Below, piece by piece: positions 47,001 to 56,000 of a stretch of 64,000 nt of DNA. Origin of the DNA: Candidatus Thorarchaeota archaeon (GTDB taxonomy: Archaea > Asgardarchaeota > Thorarchaeia > Thorarchaeales > Thorarchaeaceae); the NCBI GenBank assembly GCA_048882325.1, contig JBHLRS010000006.1:1-64000 (forward strand), read 5' to 3'. Position 1 is the stretch's first letter, and each line of letters opens with the position of its first letter. The notes under the pieces were generated by a model, which did no database searches, was not told where the DNA came from, and saw only the letters and a program-made list of their open reading frames with translations. A program made the translations under genes and the position numbers.

Positions 47001-47013
47001 CGATTAAACTCAT
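35020..47013 (-). CDS. Giant (3997 aa) surface protein: N-terminal signal/anchor, DNRLRE-like domain, one DUF2341-LamG module, long Ig-like stalk, C-terminal TM, acidic cytoplasmic tail
   Basis: Uninterrupted ORF; hydrophobic N-segment; IPQGAIITSASL..RTPD..V.RPGW.SGN; FPVLVD..QPDG.DI.F; repeated D.G.G.Y...DT..L..G.Y strands; TM AFAIFLILFGVVWV followed by basic residues; GGAGGTG SD. Confidence 0.9.
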   Translation of the reverse strand: MSLIESSGYHKKSRLSISSSYRTLIKEYKRTSFRIIIPCIFLLIFCSPVGLNPNQADLISGGFSSENIPNQFWTTEGSQSYSSSGAAQPVTYEGLFSNDSQSIVMLDSSAPTPVSIQAPLGWTGTDMSGSLEYLSTVIKPVKNGLLDDYHEERHILSGSPWNSEVFNVPDDWSISKNGDSTTHPTHGSLYWYSSAGSGRESSMGWRPSVLISLGTPINTDMELYLSQSLQLPWRDVYSCEIRFYHSVPSAQVMNDIFYLFVDVGGFRAKFNVFSSGYVTDQWIVGEAKIPASVFDNMPIPGTTSLAIGLGTDYSGNAPSNINNRLFIDEIEVIFEARPLPEQIGLSANQTLIASSTSGSFSTYVPDGAARDCFSRSDTGISTSSALEVGVWSSSGTSWNDVVKYQIGIQFPVDIPQGAIITSASLEVEALGYFGGGNNSLRVFVAEEDNVSPFTNGLPNLEERYSWSSTSVAWIQDSWENYFRYRTPDMSSLVQSVVSRPGWDSGNYICIMIDYMNSDQYRDWNSIRGTFGYGGDDLATLYVDFLVPQEDDIISILNHRKDLTIDHTKVSSDLKDFPVLVDIYDSDLKTDTQPDGEDIKFMLGSETLDHEIELFDSNYNSTHAHLVAWVKVPLLSASIDTIVTMAYGAPNAAMLENPNRIWEDYNSVWHLAEQSGNGSFLEDSSQNNHDGTPTQTSFMRNAKIGDARYFQDAVGNYIPFIDSESIFDGWSDFQFSFWVYFNYSSDAEWTSVEPVLFQKGTSITLVRTFRNPTGWPDDYASFQPDIHFDIGGATYLNVLVKRQTWNFVVYKYESTGDGTLRAYSFADGVLQDSKSDSSIGLGDRLRDASNIFMLGSYGGGQVHLGGIDEFRTMMGYKSASWIQTEYENQYDPSSFLSVGSEQSVLYGQSATLSFTTDASSVVGILPRMKLNVTTQSSTLDENMVSGTSFFVANGTGVTWTANVLASPPQGVSDLRMILTNPVDWTLTKVIDAMGRNRLLDISTTGVQITVPSSVLDVPGVWSFTFTSNNEASFLECGANAGAYGNTVTLQTGDLAKFRGTATVIPGSAMQLQLIDPSGQVFYSSDDLSQDGSGQFEWTGISVTGSWPNGFWEVHVDFNDTADLSPERVGRYSRLFIVEHASSLDLLSPDDAIGDGISVRTAGELLEVEVQLTDIETAQNVVGSTVMMNWSVLGIETQIQFEDYGNGIYGKTLNTSDLGQPGNWRLDIVSSHPLLVDAATFFDLQLSHNTVLTYETPPSAPYGDDFLIRVNLQDAITGVYYAGATITSNGTINGVTDYNNGTYIVNIDSTGLNFGTHCFVINANPSQMYVIDSSVEANVQYRKIETDLVQVEVNPVSTPWGENATIILEWQDVDHSSIGITGGVLSSDGIFQYTDLLDGRYSIEIDVDSYSIDIYLFNFTIAGTNYKAGEVTVAVAIRPHRTTVVASYDGTIPLGSNVTVTLSLLDLDAGNTAITGNLSSVLAEWTGGSASYGSLQFLIETQDWELGTYTIDLTVFTTTTPRYYYDGTTAILLNIKKLTTMILWDNIGVFPVGDDFEIITYVTVNESSSAFDNMPVNGLLQSHFTVRDKNGTLYNIKTFSPQSAGTYVITLDQSYFPGGTYGIRIFISFGVSENYSNVQTPIISFQFTQARCDLSSPDFPLLTISYSTNAVVTLEFVDIDRGQGIDTATFTVIGAAKLGQELITSGRYRVTIETDTWGIGVYTVSFTASAPNYEDKIISIDIQVRQIRTYATATVGALEIPVGDTQTFYVDYIDMDHDLPILTVSHSCNWTPVHYDIVWVGNRYSVTINTFDTDALALYLLVFDFSFGAEYESASFNVTVVIRSIRTELRLLSPVDDTTSDGTINISVYYGDRDHLQGIVSSDVQCTVWNATHQLATTWDNDTARGDGYYTISIVALQFGGIGVQQLTVYFNWTGSIQKYENRFLSITVEIVGADTELTLIEAALPSPCLDYMTYTFLYSSPSTGGITNDTFNVFISVEFVGVTVDLSQVDIWEIDSVNRKGEYSIGFNNSIISGTGIFSMKVLINWSANVVPFYTNRTDLISVRVLPRTASLSIIPPTSVPYGENATFSFTYEDTTGGLSSPIDYNPAAMTVLLDVPDFTLSYNALEELYIVSFNTSQLGAPLGDRQLFLNLTWSGLPFYSNVTGRIIDITLIERQTLLTYPTPPLTPFGNNATFTVTFVDIAGSASKMVIGATIDIYFGVTVVPSSHVQITDLGSGEYLVNLNVSYFGKPGLYSLRVEASSVQFYYQARSATKTLEVSFRDTLLTSEPVGSIPYGSSFSVVLYYQDLDSLFAIGNDTGVMTSLEILNGSNWIFTCTWRPSQQNYLLTVETSNQVIEIGRTYHLWLNFSSEFEAPFYQWNEILVPFEIHERDTSLDLISSPSQTHYQDYVNFTILYKDILSSSGITGGTINLYFGLALLQPTVDYEISETSPGLYAFSLDTSALGPPGVKTITVVANWSAGPPHYQDAQRNINIPVTERSASVEIVFPPGQILYLDNMTLDFAFVDLSTGESVVVVISDVKIYSDTSLLAYGEYVIQQIGSIFRLKINSTVISAILVSDWNITIQIEWTTGAPYYKDDATSVFVDIVGRLGNIELGQIEETPFGDLMNVTLMYTDQSTGDPIEGAIIVFDCFEAPGLIEGVDYWVQMGTGVDSGKYTIRVSTSSLGSLGTFSFDIEVQWSALVVPYYMTAFAPEAEGLVRAIQTSVSSDLPSPSVVAFYEDVSFVLQFLDTDHGQPINGAEGQISLIYESTGLAPSSWSVLALGSGQYNITLSMVDSLTVGLQSVLVTINHSQYEIAETSVVFGLRKRVAGLSAVIAPTNYAGYTTSAMIYLVDYDADDNPLAGASLTLTWGDLSSYIDLGDGSYNLTLQTGSLSHGSQILSVQANLLRYSISSLNVEINLLAVPSELIVTWSGPRATSDIYWGEPLTIFAAINDTLRNQTVSIATITYDWDGYIDSFVPTGVPGNYTAILDTSLGVISDTIIVRIEGSAPNYIDASYQLVFRLLPRPMEIIPEEGYVFTVSYGATAVVEVYLEDILDGTYVSEATLVGSWVYDTNLTVTEISGEQGHYRLQIPTGNAGYGSYQIRLRASKYNYGNASATLIMAISKIQMVVWLDNATLSYEYTSVYWSDIVRIGVYVLAPALNATHPYSTGLDGLNVTWNSPELGTNGTLVNGPIIGGPGYYYYDFDTSQGIAALHTFIISANSPNQDYERADNSTSIYVRNLEATILSPGTDEFVWGGTGFVNVTYYDSYHAQGIQADFSAFSWAGGSGSAVYLGEGIYGIPVDTSKLNPGTYTITVEFRKANYEDEELTIRIHIASVPTDISILLPELYRIGDSWTTLQVPYGDTLTVTMLYNDTYGARGIPDAISNNSFYTGPRVYEEPLILSDHGNGNYSFAFNTLDWGLGATILFNIQFMLENHTTAVFVFEITIIKIQTSLQVEGPSALSLHWGMNATFWIYYSDAWLGHSGEGITEARIIVDNSEPQFATVEYLGPDESRDGYYQFRVLAKRRAGVTEVTIHFNKTYYETASVMISVSVSPSEEDLALQNAMTYGSAFAIFLILFGVVWVRILRVPKIIRIISGQVRQLRRSRVPKPARGVRSRQSLVAELFNELHDPVGIKREASQIPAESVKIEVPEIDELIIDLAILTEMTQQELDDFKFEISKMKLSQQTSFVREVISQEAIRVAGIQNKSVEQVMEEVVAERRKRIGGAAIVAKPDIYAVVEEDADISEPEEEGLDIEHQLRELELNTMTEQLEKRGIPEHEIESFVTQARELPKDVVQMLLQSILAKEKPKPVEEKVEHLTEEEIENLRSELIKRKASDREIESIVEQARSLPKELALEFFKKTEKPKKMKRRKKVVTLTEEECADLEAELVRRKVPEIEIEAIMKEAETAPKEKIEEFVKSLDDTKLEIPIQESEFEDKLTDFEIEDLRKQLENRGLPPEEVNNIVKQAKNLPSALVDDLLKSIDEDLKSRKK
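35045..35725 (-). repeat. Four ~46-aa helical repeats in the cytoplasmic tail
   Basis: Consensus L(T/R)xxExxxLxxxLxxRxxPxxEIExIxxQAxxLPKxxxxxxxKS occurs four times. Confidence 0.85.
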
Positions 47014-50000
47014 TTGTCTCCACCTCCTTCTCCTAAGATGCTCTTCAGAAGTTCTTCAGCAAGTTCCTTTGGCAGTTCTCTGGCCTGCTCCATGATTGTT
47101 TCAAGTTCACTTCCCTTAATACCCGCATCCACTAATTGCTGACGTATCTCTTTTAGTTCGTAATCACTAAGCATGTCTTCTGAAACGACTTCTTCGAACT
47201 CTATAGGTTCTAGAAGACTTTCTTCTTTTTCATCAACAATCTTTAGTTCGGCCTTCTCCATAACAAGTTCTGGTCGAAAGACTTCTTCAATATCTTCTCC
47301 TGCAAGAATAGCACGTGCCTTTGCTGCAGTCTCTGCTAGAATCAACTCCATCGGTTTTCTTTCTATCCGTCCTTGTTTGATGGCTTCCTGGTTGATTACC
47401 TCCTTGACAAAAGCAACTTGCTCACTCAATTTCATCTTTGAAACATCAAGTCTGAAGTCTTCAAGTTCATCATCAGTCAAATTCGACAGGATTGATAATT
47501 GAACAAGCAACTCTTCTATTTCAGGAACCTCAGAAGGAATCGCTTCACTTGGAATAGATGAAGCTGTCTTTGTAATTCCAATAGGTCCAGCAATATCATT
47601 GAAGAGATTTGCAACAATCTCCTGTCTAGTGGGAACATTATCTGGTATTTCAGGAATCTTTCCTTTACTGATGGTCTTTACCATCTTTCTTATCTCTCGT
47701 AACCGCTTTGGTATACTGAAAAGCCGAGTCCATAAGACAGCTCCAACCAACAACACGAATCCGATAGGTGCGCCATATATGATTACTCGTTCTATAAGTA
47801 TGTCAAATTCTGACGGTTCCACAGAAATTGCTATGGACACACCAGCAGACTCAAAGTTGTCTTTTGACAGAATAATCGAAACAATTGTTGAGCCTTGGGT
47901 TCTTCGAGATCGTACTCTGATTTCATACCAACCTGGTCTGGAAGAATCAGATTGGTTCAGTGACACAATCACATATCCAGTGTCGAGAGGTGTTGCGTTT
48001 ATTGACCCTCCAGCTATACCCTCACCTGCATGACCAACCCATGCGTCATAATAGAATACCCAGATCGTGTACTCTTTTCCATAGCTCATGGTCAAAGAAG
48101 AAGATCCGTCAACTTGGAGACCTGTTGGAACATTGATGATGGTGATCTGTACTTCTACTGTGGCCCGACTCCAGTTTCCAAGATAGAAGTTTAGAATAAC
48201 CCTATATGGGCTATCACTTACAATCCAACGGCTCGTATCAAACAGTAGGCTGTAGTTTCCATCAGAAATTTCCTCAATCAGGATATAATCCCGTTCAGGA
48301 ATCTCAAGACCAATAACAACCCCGGTGATCTCAGTTGCACCAGGGATGCCTCTATTATACCATGTGTCATTATAGAACAGAACAACTGGAAGTACATCGC
48401 CATAGGGAACTTCCAAGATTAGAGCATCCTCGTCAAGCTGATTCAAGGTTGGTGCAAACACGCGGATAGCTGTAGGAACCTCCTTGACATTGAGTGTAAA
48501 GACCCCTGTTCCTATCTTGTAGTTGTCCAGTATGAAGCGGACAGAAACCGGATAAATTCCTGGTGTTACCAATGATGCATTGATAAACACTTGATAGGTT
48601 CCATTACCAACATACCTGAATGTATTTTCAAGACCATTCCAATCTACGATAACATCTGCACCAGCAATTCCTCTGTCAAATAGGAGGTCCCAGTAGGTGA
48701 GATTAACCCAACCTGTCCAACCCCATATCTTAGGACTTAGGTACGTTGATTCAACTGATGTTTCGATTGGTTCGATGATTAGTGTAGTAAAATTGCTGGA
48801 ATAAGCAAACATACCAATGTTTGGGTGTGCTGTGATTCTTAGAGTGTATGTTGATGCAGAATAGTCGAAGGTATTGAAATCGAAGTAGAAATACCCTGGA
48901 CCTCCAATCAATGATCCATTCAGGAATTCACCAGTAAAAATTGTTCCTGACAGAGACCACTGCACAGTGCAGTTTGCTAAGCCAGTTGATAATGGATAGG
49001 ATACATTCAATGATGGCGCAAGGACATATACTCCAACTCGAATTATGTCTGACCAATTGAAGGTACGAGTACTATATGTCGAGGTTAAAGCATCAAGCAT
49101 GACAACGGTTGATATCTGTTTGATTTTTACACTTACAGACGTAGTTGCTGTAACGTAGTTTGTTCTATCAGCTCTTACTGTAAGAACATATTCTTGAACA
49201 AACAGGTCATTAGTGTCAACAAACCCAGTATAGTATCCATCCAATCCCGGAACTGGGGAAAGAGTAATGCTCTGTTCACCTTGAGCAACCCAAGTCACTT
49301 CGACAGTCGCTCCCAGCAGGGGAGTATTAGTATAGGTATTATTGACATATACAGTGATATTCACAGGAGTGCCTTTGAAAACTTCTGGTTGGGTGTTACT
49401 AACAACAGTCAACTCAAGTGAAAGTTTCAATACATTCACAGTAAGTTGACCAGTTATTGTTTCATAGTTATTGAGCGTGGCTGTAATTGATACAACATAG
49501 GTTGTGGCTACAGCGAGATTTCCGGAATCAATCGTAATGGTGTAATTCCCCGGATCTGTTACCACTTCGGTAAGACTGCCACTCAGAACTCCAAACTGAT
49601 ACTCAAGATTTGCACCAGATATCAGGATGTTATCTCGAGTATCATTAAAGATGGCCCAGATAGAAACATCTTCACCCCAGTAGACATCGGGGATAGTCTG
49701 AGGTAGAATAAGCTCTGTGGAAATGCTTAGGATTTGAACTGGTACTGAAACATCTGAGATGAAATAGTCACTCTTCTGTGCACCAACAACCAGTGTGTAG
49801 AGGCCTGAATCAAGACTAGTTGTAGTCAGAGTAATATTGTATAAGCCTGGTCCAATTGACACGTAATCTGGTGTGTATCCGATGTCTGGCCATGTTAATG
49901 TCAGAACGGCACCATCAATCGGTGCATAACCTGCATCAATGTCAACGAGCTCAACAATAACATATGTTGTTTCGCCATAGTATGTGGCTGGAGCTACAAT

Positions 50001-53000
50001 TTCATTCAATTCTCCTTGTCGGAGTCGGATTTGAAATGGAACTTGAATCTCAACAGTTTGATAGTCCATGAATGATAGTGTTATTGTGAGTGCATTAGTC
50101 CCCGTTACGCCAGCATCAGAGCAATCCACAACCAATTCGTATACCCCTGGTGAAATTGGGATTATGCTCCAGGTTGAGGGTCCAGATGTGTTAGTCTTGT
50201 AGGTTACCGAGAATGACCCCTCGGCTCCAATGATTGGACTAGAATGATCCAGATCTTGAAGATTCAACACAACGGAAACATTGTCATGTATTGGTACAGT
50301 AGATGGATTTGGTTCTTCATTCGTGAGTTGTGTTTGAATTAAGCGAACAGTTCCTTGGAGATACAACATTGTCGTGTTTCTATAAAATGGCTCTAGGGTG
50401 GGGTTCCATAGTAAACGAAGGGAGAAAGTGAATGTTCCTGTGCTGCCAAGACTTGTAGTATCAACAAGTATCGAATAATTGCCATTATTTTGGAATACCC
50501 AGAAATCAACACCCTCGATTAAGCCACTTGGGCTAAGACAGTCGAATAAGACAATTGCATTATTGATACCTGCGCCAGTCGAATCATCAACATATCTAAA
50601 TTCGAGTGTCATATTGTCATGTATTGGAACAGTCGGCGATGACTCGCGAATTACAATCCCAACTCTGTTGACCACATTTACCCATGTGGATACCCGCCCA
50701 TCTGCATAGTACGGTGCAACGTTATCCTGCCACTCTATATAGAATGTAATGTTCCAACTGCTGATTAATCCAATTTTCAATATTGACGAGTTGATAGAAA
50801 CTTCATAACCAGGGCTTCGATACATCATCGAGAAATCGTTGCCCTGCAACGGAGTTCCTTCGCTATATATCAGCAACTGATCCTTGTTGAACAGTATTTC
50901 CTGTCCAGTTGAATCATCACTATATCTAATTGTGAAGGTGACATTCTCAAGGTACCTGACTAATGTTGTAGAAGTCAATATTTCTGTAATTGAGTTTCTC
51001 TTTGTGACACTCAGAGTGAGGCTTAGCACAGATGTTGAGTAGTATGGCGGGGCTGATATCCATGACGCAGTTAACTGAAGATTAACATTTGTCCCCGCTG
51101 GTCCTATCGATGTTGTATTGAGCGAAATCGAATAACGACCAATTGCTGGACTTTGTAGTAGGTAATCCACTCCTTCAACTAAGTCCGACCCACCAATTGT
51201 CAAAGTGATAGTGGCGCCAGCGATTCCACTCAAGGATAGCGTGTCCTGGTAGTAAACAGTAAAGTTGATCTTCTCAAGATACTGTGTTGGTTCTGGTGAT
51301 GATGTAAGTTCCAGATTTGTAGTTCGCTCTCGTAAGGTAAATGAAATAAACGCTTCAGAGGACAGATAGAACGGTGCCGCGTCTGGATAGCTGAGTTCAA
51401 TCCAAAGAACATATTCTTTGTTTATCTCAAGAATTTGATTGTATGTCTGAACTGTGAGAAGATAATCTTCTGAAGCACCACGCCAAACTGAGCTGAAGAT
51501 CCATGAACTTCCATTAAGGATCTTGATTGTTGTTGGTGTTGAAGTGTTACCAATATCCGCTAGAGTCAACACATCACTATAGTGGAATACTATTTCTAGG
51601 GAGTTATTGTATGGTGTTTCTGCAACAGGCTCTACTAGAACAACAGTTAGTCTGTATTGTAGACTGAGTGTTCGTGTTGCAGCGACCAGTGCATAGTAGA
51701 AATGGCTTGTACTCATTTCTATCGTAATTGCATAAGTTCCCGGATTTGAGAAGTAGGTTGTCTTAAGCTCTATTTCATAATCTCCGTTTCCGAGTGGTGA
51801 GAATGAATATTCAGATACAGGAATTTCCTGTACGCCATTATAAAGGGTGACTAAACCATCGTCGATTGTTTGTGATGCTCCTTCTGTGACATCAGTGAAA
51901 GAAACATGTAGTGTCACATTGTCGCCATAGGGTGCTGGACTAATTGCTGAGTAATCAAACTCTGTTTCACGGAACCTAACACTAATGATGACATTTCTCC
52001 CCGTCACATTAGTATAGAATGGTGACCCTGTCCAAACAACACCTATACTAAATTGTCTAGCTCCGAGAGGAGCTCCTAGAATACTTGTGTTGAAGGAAAC
52101 ATGGAACTGTCTTATGGATTCGTTATAGGTGATGGTATAATCTGGCAGACCAATAGTTATCGTCATCTGACTACTGTTTGCTACACTGTAAGCGATGCCT
52201 TCTGCTACGTCATCGAATGAAAATGCGAAGGTTGCGTTGACACCATATGGAGTACTCTCTGGAGGTATTAAATTGACCACAGTGCTTCTTGGAATGATCC
52301 GCACCGAAACAGTATCTGTCCAGTTACCATAGCCTGGATCAACTCCTTTCGACCAGTTCACGTACACAATCATGGTGTATATTCCAGGTTTTCCAAACAT
52401 CGTGCTGTTGAACATGATTGAATAATAACCTGGATTTCCGCTATCCTCAGTAATTGTATATAGAGAGGGATTGAAAGAATAGCCAACAAAATTAACATAG
52501 ATATGCACATTTCCTGCAGGTGCAGACACATTTGAAATTCCAATCCCACTGTAAAGTTCACTGTAAACATATGTATAGGTTAAGTTACCTAGGTACGGCG
52601 TAGGTTCTGCAGAATCAAACAACTCAAGATTTGAAGCCTCCCCTATTATTCTTATGGAAGCAAAAAGGGACCCATTGAGGTATTTCTGGACAGGTCCTGT
52701 CCAGTTGAAGTAGACCGTGAGATCGAAGATGCCAGAACTTCCCAAATTAGTTGCTGCGAATCGAATTATGTAATATCCATCTCCTAAGACTGTATCATTT
52801 TCATAAGTTGCTGGAATCAACCCCGAATCACCGTATACAGACAGAGCGATTGGAGCCTCTGCAATTCCAACATCATTGTCAAGGTCACCACAATAGACGG
52901 ATATATTGACCATGGCATTGTAGCTTGTAGGTTCGATAGCACTAGCAAGCCTGAACTCAGTTAAATGAGTCCTGACAATGATGCTTAGATTGAAGTAACC

Positions 53001-56000
53001 AGTCTGATAATTCGGACCTTTAGAGAAGGTGAACATTACCAAGTAACTACCGAGACCATCTGTGTCCGTACTTGGTAATTCGATTCTATACTGGTCACCT
53101 GTCCAACTAATACTCAAAGAATACGTCCAGTTATGGTTGATAGTTGCTCCGAGGATAGGTGCGTCATGTGTGATATCCCAATAGTCTGCGTAAAAGACTG
53201 CAGTGTCTCCAACTGGCAAATCTATGATAGAAACTGATGATCTAGCGTAGGCATATGCAATTTGGACAAGAATTTGAAAAGTCAGTGTTTTTGCTTGGTA
53301 TCCGTTTGCATCTGCTGTTAGATTAACCTCATGAGTACCGAGGTCCCATCCCTGTACAATGATCAGAACCTCATACACTCCGTTTCCGGTGTGTCGCCAG
53401 ACAATCGATGCCCCCTCTGAAGTTATTGTACCGATAGTTATGTTCTGTACATGATCAATGTCAACATACGACAATGTGACGGTGACATTTGTGTCAAAAC
53501 TTGTTGTCACTGTAGGATAGTCTGGTGATGATAGATATGTAAGAATCGGACGGTATGAAAACGTAACCTCTGGTGTGCTGCTGTCCGTATAGTTTTCTGC
53601 TGGCAGGAAATCAACAAAGACCTTTATCTTGTATTGCCCTTCAAGAAATCTTGTACTATCAATTGTGATTTGATAGACCCCTTCTCCGAGGTTTATGAAA
53701 CTCTCGAAGGTGTAAGGGTTCCCTGTTTCGTTAGTAGCACTAAAGTAAGACTGGTCAAGTCCCGTAATTGGCGTACCATCTATTGGATTTCCCGGCTCAC
53801 TGACGTTCACGTATACAAACATCACAAAGTCATTTCCATTTGGAAATGGCTCAAGCGGATCCCAACTCAGGTATACATTCAGTTTTCGAATCTCAAGTTG
53901 GATTTCGAGGTAAGAATCCATATAGAATCTCGGAGCTCCAATTGCATTGATTGTCACATTGATTGTATACGACCCAATGGCCCAACCACTTGTATCCAAC
54001 CAGAAACTGAACGCAGGGAAACTATCGCTTCCTGTGCCCCAATCCAGATTCACCTGACTCAGATTTCCACCACCAATTGATACTGAGTAAAGGTCCAAAT
54101 CCAGCCAAGAAACATCAAAGTACGCATCAGTGCCCACTGGTATTGTTGAGTTATAGTTTATACTTGGTGTTGTTCTATGGGCTAGAATTGTGATACTTAT
54201 AGTTGACATTGATGATTGGTAATTCTGTTTTGAGAATGTCAAATTGAAGTAGTAGGTCCCAGGAGTAAAGGAACTGACATCGATTGTTAGGCTGTAGTAG
54301 CCGCCTCCATCGTCATTAAGTTGAGTCTGAACAAATGGGGATATTGATATTGAGCCTCCATCAACTCCAATTCCCGCATGGTCAACATCAGACCAGTATA
54401 TGCTAGTATTAGCCTGATGTCCCCATGGCGACTCAACAGCATCAGGGTTAAGAGGGGTTACTTCAGTAGCAATGCCTCGATAATTGAATTGAACATCAAT
54501 ATTACTACTCAGTAGGTATGAAGTACTTGGGGATGTCGTGAACCTAAATGTATGTTCTCCAACGGAGAAACCTGTACTATCAATTGTTACTAGATATGTT
54601 CCATTTCCATAATCTGTTGGTAAACCTAGTATTGTCGCATTACAAGAAATAGTGGCACCTGTCAATGGGGTATTATCGAATTTGTCTCTAAGTGTCAGTT
54701 TAACCTCAAAATTACCTCCATATGGTGTGTCCTTAGGCGGTTCGTACGTGAGGAAGGTTCTATGAGAGAGATCCAAATAGAAGAAGTCTGTTGCATTTGT
54801 ATAGAATGGATGTGATGACTCAAGATCTAACCTCCATCGCCCATAGCTTCCCAGATCAGATGTATTGAGTGTCGTCCCATATCTGCCATCTCCATAGTCA
54901 TTGAGCTGGACATTAGTTGGTACTCCACTAACACTCCAGTTCATCGAAACTTCTGCTCCACTTAACATTGCAGTAGTCAATGTATCTTTCAGTTCAAACT
55001 CAACATAGAGCTGTTCTCCAATGAGTTTGGTCGAAATTCCATCTGCTATCGCATCTCCAGGTGCTATGAGACCTAATGAAGTCCCACGTTTCACAATGAA
55101 ACTTCTAGAAAACGTGCCCACCCTGTAATTTACATCAGAACTGCTATCACTATATCGGGCTGATGCATGCCAGACTCCTGCGGGAGCAGAGGCATCCAGA
55201 TTAATAGGGGCAGATTCCGAATATCCACTAGTTTCTTCCGAACTGACAGAATAGAAAACACTTGGATTATTCTGGTTCTCGAACTCAGTATTAATCCACG
55301 CACTAGATCGTGCAATATCGGAAATTCGCACTTCATCGATCTGCCCTATCCATGGGAAGGTCCATGCTTTTCCCTCTGGCTGGTCTGCATGCCCAATTCG
55401 GAATGAATCCGGAAGGGCTGACAAGATATTTGTTGTCATCTCCATTGTTGCTGCGTCTTGGCTGCCATCAATATAGAATTTCACAAGGGAGCCATCATAT
55501 GTGGCAACTACATGGTGCCACCCATTGGGCGCAATAGTCTGACTAGTACCCAAATCATAGGTGCCACCAGTAGGTCTAGGACCCAGATTAATCCTCATGT
55601 TTTGACTATTCTGAGACATGGTAAATCGATATCCACTGTACCACCCTTTGTGATTGAAGGGACCCATATTTGGATGTGTAGCGGATGGATACTGCATCCA
55701 AAGCTGAAGCGTAATCTGGTTGCCCGTAATATCAAGACTAGTGGCATTCCCACAGTCGATAAAGTGATCTGTGAAGTCTTGTCCGTAACCAATTCGTGTT
55801 GCCACCCTAGATGGTACATAACTGACATTTCCATCACCACCTTGCCCATGGTTATTGTAGAGGCTACTGTCTGCATATTCATCTACAAGTCCTGCACCAA
55901 TCTCTCCAAGATGCCAGACTCCTACATAGTTCGAATCCCAGACCGGTCCTGATGCATAAACTATAGGAGCCAATGGATTGTCGTAGTACATACTGATTAT